The notes beneath the pieces are model-generated. The model saw nothing but the letters and a program-made list of their open reading frames with translations, was not told the DNA's origin and did not search any database. The position numbers and the translations under genes are program-made. From IMG/VR virus record IMGVR_UViG_2563366918_000005: a stretch of 42,002 bases of DNA. One strand, 5' to 3'. Below are positions 8,208-17,369 of the stretch, piece after piece. The DNA is from a virus (lineage: Duplodnaviria > Heunggongvirae > Uroviricota > Caudoviricetes). Each line of letters opens with the position of its first letter. Positions within the stretch are counted from its first letter, which is position 1.

Positions 8208-8231
8208 ACGGGGCCATTAGGCCCCGTTTTC
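8208..8231 (+). terminator. Rho-independent terminator / attenuator hairpin
   Basis: ACGGGGCC-ATTA-GGCCCCGT stem followed by TTTT. Confidence 0.55.
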
Positions 8232-8248
8232 ATGTCTGGAGACAGTTT

Positions 8249-8788
8249 GTGTTAAGTGAAGAAATGCAATTTGCCATGGCTGTGGCTCAAATCGTAAGTG
8301 CAGTCGCGGTTTCGCTTGGCTTGTTCATAGCTATCGCTACTATTATTTATAATGTAAATACAGCGAGAAAAGTACACACTTCAGTATTCCTTGGTGAAAG
8401 CAGGTTTGATGTAGATTATAAGAAAGGCCTATCTACTATGCGCCGCATTCACGAATCGAACAAATCATTCCGCTCTTATATGTATCCAAGCAATGGGCAG
8501 GCTGATCTTACGGATGAAGAAAAGACAGAGAAGAGAGAAATAATTTACTGTCTAGGTTTCTACGAACGCATGGCTGTGAGCGTGAAGCGGAAAACTTATG
8601 ATGAGACCATGATTAAGGAAGTATTTTACAGCTCCGTTGTAAATAACTATCAGATTGCGCTACCTCTTATACAAGCCATTAGAGAAAAAGAAAACATAAA
8701 CACATATTTTAAAGAATATGAATGGTTGGCCACACGATGGAAGGATTGCCCATTGAAGGATAAATCCCCGTGGTACAAGTTTTGGTAA
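8249..8788 (+). CDS. Hypothetical membrane-anchored protein (AT-rich accessory gene; exclusion/defence candidate)
   Basis: RBS GGAGA 6 nt before GTG 8249 (alternative ATG 8264); N-terminal TM helix AVAQIVSAVAVSLGLFIAIATIIY then about 140-aa soluble domain; visibly AT-rich; followed by a terminator-like T-run at about 8789-8811. Confidence 0.55.
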   Translation: MLSEEMQFAMAVAQIVSAVAVSLGLFIAIATIIYNVNTARKVHTSVFLGESRFDVDYKKGLSTMRRIHESNKSFRSYMYPSNGQADLTDEEKTEKREIIYCLGFYERMAVSVKRKTYDETMIKEVFYSSVVNNYQIALPLIQAIREKENINTYFKEYEWLATRWKDCPLKDKSPWYKFW

Positions 8789-8882
8789 GCCAGCGCTGCG
8801 GGCTTTTTTTGTGGACGAAACAAAAGTCAGTGCTACACTCATTGACGCCACATTGAGGTGGCTTATAGATGGAAATTTCACA

Positions 8883-9044
8883 ATGAAAAAAGCATTTGCT
8901 GCACTGTTCGTTTTGTTGTCTCTGGTAGCTTCAACTCAGGCTTTTGCCGGTCGTTGTCAGCACGACAGCGATACTGCCGCTGACGGCTCCCGCTGCGGTG
9001 GGCGTTCTGCGGATTCCCGCCCGGGTGGCGGTGGCATTCGTTAA
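8883..9044 (+). CDS. Small secreted Cys-containing peptide (hypothetical)
   Basis: Internal start of track ORF 8811..9044: MKKAFAALFVLLSLVASTQAFA then a 31-aa Gly/Arg/Asp-rich region with 2 Cys; weak RBS. Confidence 0.3.
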   Translation: MKKAFAALFVLLSLVASTQAFAGRCQHDSDTAADGSRCGGRSADSRPGGGGIR

Positions 9045-9046
9045 AA

Positions 9047-9066
9047 ACAAGGCCGCGAAAGCGGCC
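9047..9066 (-). terminator. Terminator at end of late virion operon (between convergent units)
   Basis: GGCCGC-GAAA-GCGGCC hairpin with T-run on the minus strand. Confidence 0.5.
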
Positions 9067-9075
9067 TGTGACATG

Positions 9076-9372
9076 TCACGTCCCTTTTCTGAATGATAGC
9101 CATTCGAAAAATGATGACATTCCACCGCAGACAACAGCAAAGATGATCCCACCAAAGAAGAGAATGCCAGCCTGCCACCACTCCCACCGCCATACATCCA
9201 CAGCGCCAACCATACCAACAATCGCTCCAACAAATGGAATATAGCTCACGATGAAAGCAATGGGGGCTGCAATTATCCAGTGCAATCCCCACCATGATTC
9301 AAGCCCAGCCATAATTGCTGCCAACTGAAAAAGACCAACGACGATATAAACAATGAATCCTATAGCTTGCAT
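9076..9372 (-). CDS. Small Trp-rich integral membrane protein
   Basis: 98 aa, 3 hydrophobic helices; RBS AGGTGA before ATG 9372; stop codon sits inside palindrome GTGACATGTCAC. Confidence 0.55.
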   Translation of the reverse strand: MQAIGFIVYIVVGLFQLAAIMAGLESWWGLHWIIAAPIAFIVSYIPFVGAIVGMVGAVDVWRWEWWQAGILFFGGIIFAVVCGGMSSFFEWLSFRKGT

Positions 9373-9384
9373 GTAGTCACCTAT

Positions 9385-9558
9385 TTACCCAGTAAAAATC
9401 AGAGGCCTCCCCTCAATAAGGCTTGCAACAAGAACTATTCCCTGCACAACAAAGATGAACCAGCAAATAGCTTGAGTCTGAGGGTTAAGAAAATATTTGT
9501 AGCGGTCAATAAATAACAACCCACCAAAAATTATCACACTCAAAATAATTAAAAACAC
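9385..9558 (-). CDS. Possible small membrane protein (57 aa, not in ORF track)
   Basis: GTG start with AAGGAAG 4 nt upstream; product VFLIILSVIIFGGLLFIDRYKYF… with two hydrophobic segments. Confidence 0.3.
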   Translation of the reverse strand: MFLIILSVIIFGGLLFIDRYKYFLNPQTQAICWFIFVVQGIVLVASLIEGRPLIFTG

Positions 9559-9567
9559 AACACTTCC

Positions 9568-12042
9568 TTATTGCGGAGTGACATCCTGAGGTCGCCACCA
9601 GTATGTCTGGTTAAACTCTTTCTTCGAACGTTGCTCCATTTTACGCAAATAACCTGGTGAAAAATACTCCTGCATCTGGTTAAAGATCATGTGATCGAGA
9701 GCCGCCTTTAAGTACCAGAGATTCGCACCTGGCATCAGACCTTTCCCCAGCTTGACCAGATCACCACCAGTCTGCTCATTCTTCCCTTCCACAGCATTTA
9801 ACGGTATGCCCTGAGCAATCTTCACTACGTCATCAACCAGACCAGCTACCGGGCCAAGCATCGACGCCAGCGCGCCGCTTCCGTACCTAGTGTGATCTGA
9901 CAATAAAAAGTCACCGTAAAGGCCAAGACCACCACCTTTCAGTAGAGCACCAAGCCAAAATTTAGCAGCATCTTCTCCTGTCATCTCACGAGGATTACGA
10001 CCAGACGCAAGGTCGTTAAGTTGCTGCGACAAAGCGCCAAGAATGGTCGTACTGGCAATAAACGTCGCAATATATGCCGCACGCCCACCAGCAGACGGCA
10101 TACCCATAGCGCGTGACCAGTGACGCATAACCACCGAGATAGGGAACGATTTAAACAGGAAAACACTTCTCGTTAATTCACCTTTCCATGTTCCACGCTG
10201 AATACCAGAACCGGTTATCAGTTGCTCACGTGCTCCCGGTGTAATAACAGCCATATCAACTTCTTCAGTTACGGCACCGAGCAGTTTACGCATTGCCTCA
10301 AATTTCACGCGTTCAGGCTCACCAAGATGTTTAACTGCTGAATCAGGGATACGCATAATGCTTTCCGGTGTCAGCATCGTATTATTACCGTTCCCCCAGT
10401 CCTCCTGTTGCGCCAGCTTCCATACGCTCCAGTCTGTGTCAGTAATTCCTTTGCTTTTCAGGATACGAAAATCAGAGTCATCGAGGCTACGAAGGTCTGG
10501 TGTCCGTGACACTACTTCTCCCAGGCTTCCCATCATGGTTACGCCATAGGCGCGCTTGTGCGCATCTGACCATGCTGTAAGCCCACTGGCACGCATTACC
10601 GCCGTTGCCGCCCAGCGAGACACTGACGGCCCCATATTATCCATCGCCCAGCGGTTAACGCTGCCAAGTAGAGATTCCATCGCCAGACCAGCGCGGCGCG
10701 CCCGCGCAAGTTCTGTACGGTTCGTTGGGTCCATAGCTTCAAGCTGGTTGCGGAATAACTGGTTCATTGGAAGGTTGGTAACCTTCGCAGACAGATACAT
10801 GGTTCCAAGATCAGAGAACGATGACAGCAACGCGGATCCGAGTCTGCTGGCAACCAGCCAGTTGCGGATATTGTCAGACCATCGCGCGATGTGCGGATTT
10901 GCTACAGGCTGTGTCTTTCCGGAAATAAAGTTGTACAGATTCTCTGTGTTGTTCGCCAGCCGCTCGACTTTACCGGTTTTACTCGGGTTAGCTGTTGCCG
11001 TTTCTGCCTTCACCTGATCAAGAAGAGAGCGGAAAACATGATCTGGGTTTGGGCCATATGTTTCCACCAGTGCAATATCTTTACTGATACCTTCCAGGTG
11101 ACCGACCATGATTTCCCATAGAGAGCGATCGCCATAAAGTTGCTGATATTGCAGATAGGAATCTGCATCTTTGAAATGTATCTGTCGTGATGCATTACCA
11201 CGGTTAGCACGTGCGCCGGAAATTCGCATTCCGGTATCAGTAAGCTTATTCAGCCCACCAGTAGCGATCGTGTTATAAGCCTCTCCAAGAAATGCAGACA
11301 ACTCGGCATCGTTCATCAGTTGTCCATCGGCTCGGATATAATATTTGCGATCCAGCTTACCTATAACATCGCTAACCCACTTATCCTTTGATACCGCCCC
11401 AACCTTTTCCATAGAATGATGTTGAGGGATCCCCCAGTTTTCGAGATAGCCAATGTCCCCGCCAGCATCATTAAACCGGCGGCGCAGTAGATCTGTCACT
11501 TCTCTCCACGCCTTAGCACCTTTTCTTGCTTTAGCATTGCCAGTATTTTGTCCTCGCATTTCATATACCAGGTCACGCACGCCAGCTTCATCTTCAAACA
11601 GGCCAAAAAAGCGAGGATCAACTGCTTCAAATGCCTCCTGCAATTGACTCAATGCATAATCACGAGTGGCTTTTGTTCTGGACTCAACAGAGAGGAAATT
11701 CGATTTACCGTCTGCATTAAAAGCAATAGTACGGTTAAGAGCGCCAAGTTTCCCATCAGCCCCTTGATAGCTATTGATAAATTTATCCAATCTCTGACGT
11801 GCGGCTATAGTGAGGGCCACACGACGTTTCTTTAATGCCGCTTCTCGCTGTAATTCTTCAGATGCCAATTGTGCTGCTCGATATAGCCGCTCTGATTCGG
11901 AAAGTTGTCTCCACGACATCGGGTCATCACGAGCAATGGAGCGCATATTTCGATAAATGCGGTCTTCAATGTTCTGTATTTCTCGCGCCGTTAACGTGCG
12001 CTGCGCCGCCTGCTGAACCGCTTGTATACATTCCTGTCTCAT
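9568..12042 (-). CDS. Large internal virion / ejection protein (T7 gp16-like position)
   Basis: 824 aa; last large gene of the virion operon; assignment by position and size only. Confidence 0.5.
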   Translation of the reverse strand: MRQECIQAVQQAAQRTLTAREIQNIEDRIYRNMRSIARDDPMSWRQLSESERLYRAAQLASEELQREAALKKRRVALTIAARQRLDKFINSYQGADGKLGALNRTIAFNADGKSNFLSVESRTKATRDYALSQLQEAFEAVDPRFFGLFEDEAGVRDLVYEMRGQNTGNAKARKGAKAWREVTDLLRRRFNDAGGDIGYLENWGIPQHHSMEKVGAVSKDKWVSDVIGKLDRKYYIRADGQLMNDAELSAFLGEAYNTIATGGLNKLTDTGMRISGARANRGNASRQIHFKDADSYLQYQQLYGDRSLWEIMVGHLEGISKDIALVETYGPNPDHVFRSLLDQVKAETATANPSKTGKVERLANNTENLYNFISGKTQPVANPHIARWSDNIRNWLVASRLGSALLSSFSDLGTMYLSAKVTNLPMNQLFRNQLEAMDPTNRTELARARRAGLAMESLLGSVNRWAMDNMGPSVSRWAATAVMRASGLTAWSDAHKRAYGVTMMGSLGEVVSRTPDLRSLDDSDFRILKSKGITDTDWSVWKLAQQEDWGNGNNTMLTPESIMRIPDSAVKHLGEPERVKFEAMRKLLGAVTEEVDMAVITPGAREQLITGSGIQRGTWKGELTRSVFLFKSFPISVVMRHWSRAMGMPSAGGRAAYIATFIASTTILGALSQQLNDLASGRNPREMTGEDAAKFWLGALLKGGGLGLYGDFLLSDHTRYGSGALASMLGPVAGLVDDVVKIAQGIPLNAVEGKNEQTGGDLVKLGKGLMPGANLWYLKAALDHMIFNQMQEYFSPGYLRKMEQRSKKEFNQTYWWRPQDVTPQ

Positions 12043-12047
12043 TTAAT

Positions 12048-13850
12048 TTAACCTCTCAAGAAACACGCCACAGCGACATCAAACAGGCTGGAATCCTGTA
12101 TTGCCTGCTCACTTTCCATGTTCGCTTCATCCAGTACTTCACGCGCACTGCGCGATTGTGGATTACCATCATCATCCAGCACGGTGATTATCATGTCAGG
12201 TGATTCAAGCAGCGAGTCTTCAGCTATGCGCAGATCAATATCTCCTGCCTGATCTGACATCATTTTTTGTTCTGCCTGTTGCAATATTTTATCAGCCTCA
12301 AAAGGAGCTACTTCGTCTGGCGTCCTGACCTCTGCTGTTTTATAGAATGAAACAGCCTGAGCATTAAGTTCACTTTCAGCCTGCTGTCTCCGTGCCAGTT
12401 CTGCTCGAGCTTCAAAAAACTGACCGCCAGGCTCATGCGGTGCCAACACGTTACGGGAAAATTCCAGGCGTTCTTGTGCCTGCCGGATTCGTTGGTCAAT
12501 ATCGCGAAGTCTGGCCTGTTTATCTGATCGAGCACGAGATAAAGCCTTACCGCTACCGGTTGGCTCTTCTGCAAGAATTTGTGCGCGCTGTTCAGTGAGA
12601 TTTTCAATAATTCGTTGGCTATTAGCGATTTCAGACTGGTAAACCTGTCTATCGCCACGCGACAAAAGCTGCGCGGCCTGTTCTTCAAGCAACCGATTTT
12701 CTATAGCGCGCGCCGTTACTCCATCATCTACAGATGACAGAGCCTCATTAACTGCCTGAGACAGCAGACTCTTGCGCCCAGGAATTTCACTGAAAGATGC
12801 AGACTCAACAATGCTGGCAACGTCTACAGGTCTCCCCTGGCTAACATCAGACATGGCTTTTCGCAGAGCCTGAATGTGCGAATTACGCGAAAGCACGTTG
12901 ATCGGAACGCCGGGAGCAATATCAATTTCAGCATGATGAGCGGCATTCGCCGCCAGTGCAGCATCAATATCAACTGGTGAAAAATTTGGTGCGCTTGTAG
13001 ACTCGCCGCGAGAGTTAATAAATCTGCCGACACCACCAAACGCCACCCCAAGAACAGCATCAATAGCAATTGCCTGTCGATCCAACACATCATACTGGTT
13101 AGCCATTTCGCTATAGCCACCATCACGAAGCGTTTTTGCAGTAAGCCCACGCTGTGCCATACCGAACGCAATATTTGTACCTGCGGCATAGGCAATATCT
13201 GGCGTTGCACGTACTGCTGTTGCTGCGGCGCGTCGCACTGAACTTTCACCCGTCCGCGCAAGCTGAGCCGCCACACCTTCCGCCAGCGCACCACCAGCAC
13301 GTAACCCGAGGCTCATAGGGATCAGTGTTCCGGCACCAGCAGTAATACCCTGCACTAATCCCGCTTCCTGCGCCGTCCTGAAATCAACACCCTGTGCTGT
13401 CAGCCGTTCAAACTCAGAAAAACCCTGTAGAGAAGTTACCGCCGCAGCACCTCCGACCGGACCACCGAGCGTTGTACCGACAACAGCCTGCCCGCCCATA
13501 TCGAACAACCCATAAAGGACCTGCCCGGCGGTTCCGGTTGTCGCGGCATCAGGCGTCAGCCGCTTAACCTGCTGCTCTGCTAGTTTTCTCTGCTCAGCAA
13601 TGTATGAAACTGAAGTGTCATTGAGCGAGGTGTTTTCGTTAACAAGCTGAGCAATCGGGGATACGATTTTATCCATCCCTGCCCATAGCAACTGATCTGG
13701 CTTTGCCACCAGCCCGGAGTACAAACCAGACAATGCCGCTCCTACAGCATTGTCGAAAAAACCAACATCGCTGTTAAAGCCAGCTGGATTTGATGCTGCT
13801 TCGTCAAGCTGCTGATTCTGGTTTACTGGATTAAGGCCAAAGTAACTCAT
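12048..13850 (-). CDS. Virion structural protein (Gly/Ala-rich, internal protein candidate)
   Basis: 600 aa; coupled to neighbouring genes in the late operon. Confidence 0.5.
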   Translation of the reverse strand: MSYFGLNPVNQNQQLDEAASNPAGFNSDVGFFDNAVGAALSGLYSGLVAKPDQLLWAGMDKIVSPIAQLVNENTSLNDTSVSYIAEQRKLAEQQVKRLTPDAATTGTAGQVLYGLFDMGGQAVVGTTLGGPVGGAAAVTSLQGFSEFERLTAQGVDFRTAQEAGLVQGITAGAGTLIPMSLGLRAGGALAEGVAAQLARTGESSVRRAAATAVRATPDIAYAAGTNIAFGMAQRGLTAKTLRDGGYSEMANQYDVLDRQAIAIDAVLGVAFGGVGRFINSRGESTSAPNFSPVDIDAALAANAAHHAEIDIAPGVPINVLSRNSHIQALRKAMSDVSQGRPVDVASIVESASFSEIPGRKSLLSQAVNEALSSVDDGVTARAIENRLLEEQAAQLLSRGDRQVYQSEIANSQRIIENLTEQRAQILAEEPTGSGKALSRARSDKQARLRDIDQRIRQAQERLEFSRNVLAPHEPGGQFFEARAELARRQQAESELNAQAVSFYKTAEVRTPDEVAPFEADKILQQAEQKMMSDQAGDIDLRIAEDSLLESPDMIITVLDDDGNPQSRSAREVLDEANMESEQAIQDSSLFDVAVACFLRG

Positions 13851-16360
13851 TGCGGAATATCTCCGGAGAATCTCTGACGCTTCTGTGTCAGATCAAGAAC
13901 AACAGGAGAACCATCATCTTTCAGCAGATAACCAGTACCAAGTTTCACCAGGTACTGACTATCGCCGTAACTTTGCAAACCATACTGACCAGGCGGTGTT
14001 TTTATCCCGGTGCCGACAACTTGTTCATTCCAAGCCTGATTAACCTGCTTATCGAATTGCTCTGCAGACATTCCCCACGGCAAAAGAACATTCCCCATTC
14101 CGTTATAGTCATGCACGCCACCTGTAGCTACGTTAACAGCCTGTTTCCAGATATCATTGTCAATTTCGCCTGATACCACGCCTTTTTTCGCCATCACACC
14201 AGCGTAATAGTCCTTTGCGATCTCGTATGCCATTGATGCCCCCTGAGCATCACCAGCAAATGCATCCTTCACCATGTCAGAAAACTCAAGGCGAAGATCA
14301 GCATCTTTAGGCATCGGAATACCTTTCGCGTCATCAGTACCTTTACGAGCCGCCGCGCCAGCAAGAATTGTCTGCGCAGCGGTTTCAGGAGACACGGAAA
14401 CATCCGGATTAAACCAGTTTTTTTCTGCCAAAATACCACCAGGCTTGTCCATCAGTATCCCGGCAACGGCAGCAGATGGAGCGTTGGCACTGATCTGCTG
14501 TAGTGCTGACATATACACCTGCCCACCACCAGTGCTCTGCCTGATGGTATCGAGATATGCTGCCTGTTGGGAAACGGGCGCATCACGAAAGAAAACACCG
14601 ATCTGATTGGCCTCGTCTTTGGAAAAGAACGTCAGTGGAGTGCCATATGACTTAGCAAGGTCACTGACCTGAGCAGCACGCAAGGCAACGCTCTGTCCAA
14701 AGTTATCCTTATTGCTCATGTCGATAGGCTTTGCCTGTCCGGCGGCAAGAGAGAACTGTACAGGATCAGCCTGTCTCTGCTTTATCACCTGACTTGCAGC
14801 CGACACAACGTTGTCATAAAGAGCGGCTCGTGCCGCATAACCCTCCCCTGTCTCACCAGTATCCGGGCGTAATTGCTCAACATATGCTGTAATGCTGCTT
14901 GTCGGCATGTTGCGGAAAGAGCCTATATACTGTCCGGCGATTTGCGTATTTCTGAACTCGGTATATCGCAGGTTTCCTTCTCTGACTCCATAAGCTGCAA
15001 TAAAATCAGCCTCACCAGGTGGGTTAGGAAATTCAACGCCACGCATATACGCAGCTGTCGCATCGCGAACTTGGCTGTCAATCATCGTTTTATATTCAGC
15101 CTGCTGCTGCCGACGCAGTTGATCCGCCTGTCGCATAAAACTTGCCTGCGCCTCAGGAGATGCCGCATCGAATGCTGCATTACCGGTATAGCGTTTGGTG
15201 TTGGTTGGAATTGTTGATAAACCAAGTGCTGCACTGACACCAGCAGTTAACTGCTGATCACTGTATGGCTGGCTACCGTTCTCATGATGGATAATGGCTG
15301 CACAAAGCGCCTTCAGGGTATCAGGATTAGATGCATCGAGAGGCTCATCAGCAGAAACGCCAAGTTGTTCGCACACTGCTTTGATATACGACATAGTGTC
15401 ATTTTTATCAGTAGGCGGTGCCCAGCGATTAATTATCTCGCTGACGGTATCAATACCCTGCCTCTGATACGACATCAGGTTCCGCCCTAATGCACGAATC
15501 CCGTGTTCAGGTGTTTCGAATTTAGCAAATCGACCATCATCACCGGTCTGGCCTACCCACGGATTGGTTTTGCTGTATTCGAGATTTCCTGGGTTATTGT
15601 TGCGTATGCCACGGGCACGCTCGGAAGAATCACTATCTGCTACAGCACGGCGAGCTCCAGCAGCAGTATCACTTAACTCGCCATTACTTTGGATGAATGC
15701 GGTCGCATTGTTTGCCGACCACTGGGACAATGCTGCATCAGCAACCTTCTCTTTAAACTCGATTTTCTTGGCCTGGATTTGCTCGTCGCTCCAGCCATGC
15801 GCAATGCCGTAATCCTCAATTTGCTGGAAAGTTTGCTTATTAGCCAATACGTATGCGGCGTTGTCGCCATACAATGCTGCGGCATTTTTACCATTGTTCA
15901 GCAGCGTCGCCTGAAACTGGCCTTCTTCGTAGGCATTTATTTGCCATATCTCGTGCCGCCCGGCCTGCGTAGTGAACTGAATGCGCTGCTGCTGCGCCTG
16001 CTGCATGAAAGCATTACGAGCCTGTTCATCCGGCAGCGACATAGCCAGTTGCTCGACCTGGGCATCAAACTGCTGCGTATACTCCTGACCTTTTCCAATA
16101 GCATTTTTCCCTTTCAGGTTAAGCAAACCTGTTTCAGGGTTATTCAGCAGATCGCTGCTTATCTGACTGAGGTTAAGGGATGCCTCCTGTGCCAGAGCGA
16201 TATTGGCACGCTGTTTTGCCTGACCAAAAACATCAATTGCCTCTGTCCCTGCCCGAACAAAAGCATCACCAATACCAGGCTGAGAAAACGTCTGCAAGCC
16301 TGCTGACTGAACGCCACGGCTCTGAACCTGACGGCCGGATACTGTTGGTACGACTGGCAT
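13847..16360 (-). CDS. Large internal virion protein (T7 gp15-like position) with conserved RGIRNNNPGNL…RWAP motif
   Basis: Start moved to ATG 16360 (RBS GGAGG 6 nt upstream), overlapping the upstream stop; 837 aa. Confidence 0.5.
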   Translation of the reverse strand: MPVVPTVSGRQVQSRGVQSAGLQTFSQPGIGDAFVRAGTEAIDVFGQAKQRANIALAQEASLNLSQISSDLLNNPETGLLNLKGKNAIGKGQEYTQQFDAQVEQLAMSLPDEQARNAFMQQAQQQRIQFTTQAGRHEIWQINAYEEGQFQATLLNNGKNAAALYGDNAAYVLANKQTFQQIEDYGIAHGWSDEQIQAKKIEFKEKVADAALSQWSANNATAFIQSNGELSDTAAGARRAVADSDSSERARGIRNNNPGNLEYSKTNPWVGQTGDDGRFAKFETPEHGIRALGRNLMSYQRQGIDTVSEIINRWAPPTDKNDTMSYIKAVCEQLGVSADEPLDASNPDTLKALCAAIIHHENGSQPYSDQQLTAGVSAALGLSTIPTNTKRYTGNAAFDAASPEAQASFMRQADQLRRQQQAEYKTMIDSQVRDATAAYMRGVEFPNPPGEADFIAAYGVREGNLRYTEFRNTQIAGQYIGSFRNMPTSSITAYVEQLRPDTGETGEGYAARAALYDNVVSAASQVIKQRQADPVQFSLAAGQAKPIDMSNKDNFGQSVALRAAQVSDLAKSYGTPLTFFSKDEANQIGVFFRDAPVSQQAAYLDTIRQSTGGGQVYMSALQQISANAPSAAVAGILMDKPGGILAEKNWFNPDVSVSPETAAQTILAGAAARKGTDDAKGIPMPKDADLRLEFSDMVKDAFAGDAQGASMAYEIAKDYYAGVMAKKGVVSGEIDNDIWKQAVNVATGGVHDYNGMGNVLLPWGMSAEQFDKQVNQAWNEQVVGTGIKTPPGQYGLQSYGDSQYLVKLGTGYLLKDDGSPVVLDLTQKRQRFSGDIPQ

Positions 16361-16905
16361 TATAATCCTCCGGGTAATCTGGTTCCTGCTGCTGCCCCGA
16401 TTGGCGCAGGGGTGCTTTGAGTAAACGGACTCCACGTCCCACCAAACATCTGGTACGCACCGTATGCCTTCAGAGGCGCAGTGAGCAATGTTGTTGCTGC
16501 TCCCACATTCCCCTGTTTACGGGCTGAACTGGCTTCTGCTTTATAGTTGGCAGCCTGAACCTGATAACCGTAAGCCTCGCGTTGCGCGTTATTCGCCGTC
16601 GTCAGAGAATCAAGAGCGCCAAACTGGGCAGTGTCGCCAAATATATCCAGCGCGTTACCTGTAGATAAATCAGCGCCGGTAGCCCCCATTGTCGCCGCCT
16701 GTGTACCAAGCCGCTGTCGGGTCTCTCTGCGCCGTTGCTCAGCTTCAGCGTTACCTCTGTTTATTGCATCATTTGCCTGAGCTGTGGCTATATCTGCGTT
16801 CGCTTCTGCAACCTTCGAGGCATACTTTCCCTGTTGGTACTGGGTGTATGCCTGAATGCCACTCATGGCGAGCATTGCGCCACCAGCAATAACCGGATCG
16901 CACAT
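16360..16905 (-). CDS. Virion protein (T7 gp14-like position)
   Basis: 181 aa, Ala/Gly/Gln-rich; coupled within the late operon. Confidence 0.45.
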   Translation of the reverse strand: MCDPVIAGGAMLAMSGIQAYTQYQQGKYASKVAEANADIATAQANDAINRGNAEAEQRRRETRQRLGTQAATMGATGADLSTGNALDIFGDTAQFGALDSLTTANNAQREAYGYQVQAANYKAEASSARKQGNVGAATTLLTAPLKAYGAYQMFGGTWSPFTQSTPAPIGAAAGTRLPGGL

Positions 16906-17369
16906 TATTTTCTCTCCATGTGAAATCTGTGGAAATTAAGACCAAGAGCACCATAAGGCGCGGCTTCTTCAAGCCTGAATCCAAGCCAGTGCAGCCATGC
17001 TTTGGCAACATGGTTTCGCTCGTCGACATAGTTTTCCAGGCGCGGATAAACTGCCAGCATCTGCTGCAATACAGGGCGGCAGTGGCGAAGAAATGTCTTC
17101 TGATATTTTTCGATACGGCTGGTTCCGACCAGCCATGGCGTACCATTGCCACCGATCATTGACGCCGGAGATACGCCAAACATGGTTACCAGTTCTCCGT
17201 TCGCGAACCCTGACCAGGCCATAGTCGCAGTGCGAAGACCAACACGCAGCGCATCTTCGGTAGTCATCAGCGATACCGCATACAGTTCGTCAATATCAGC
17301 CTGACGAACATCCGGCAAAATCATCTGAAGATGCTCTTTGGTGGCGGGAATAATTCGAACATCGATCAT
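16905..17369 (-). CDS. Virion protein (T7 gp13-like position)
   Basis: 154 aa; start/stop overlap with both neighbours. Confidence 0.45.
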   Translation of the reverse strand: MIDVRIIPATKEHLQMILPDVRQADIDELYAVSLMTTEDALRVGLRTATMAWSGFANGELVTMFGVSPASMIGGNGTPWLVGTSRIEKYQKTFLRHCRPVLQQMLAVYPRLENYVDERNHVAKAWLHWLGFRLEEAAPYGALGLNFHRFHMERK

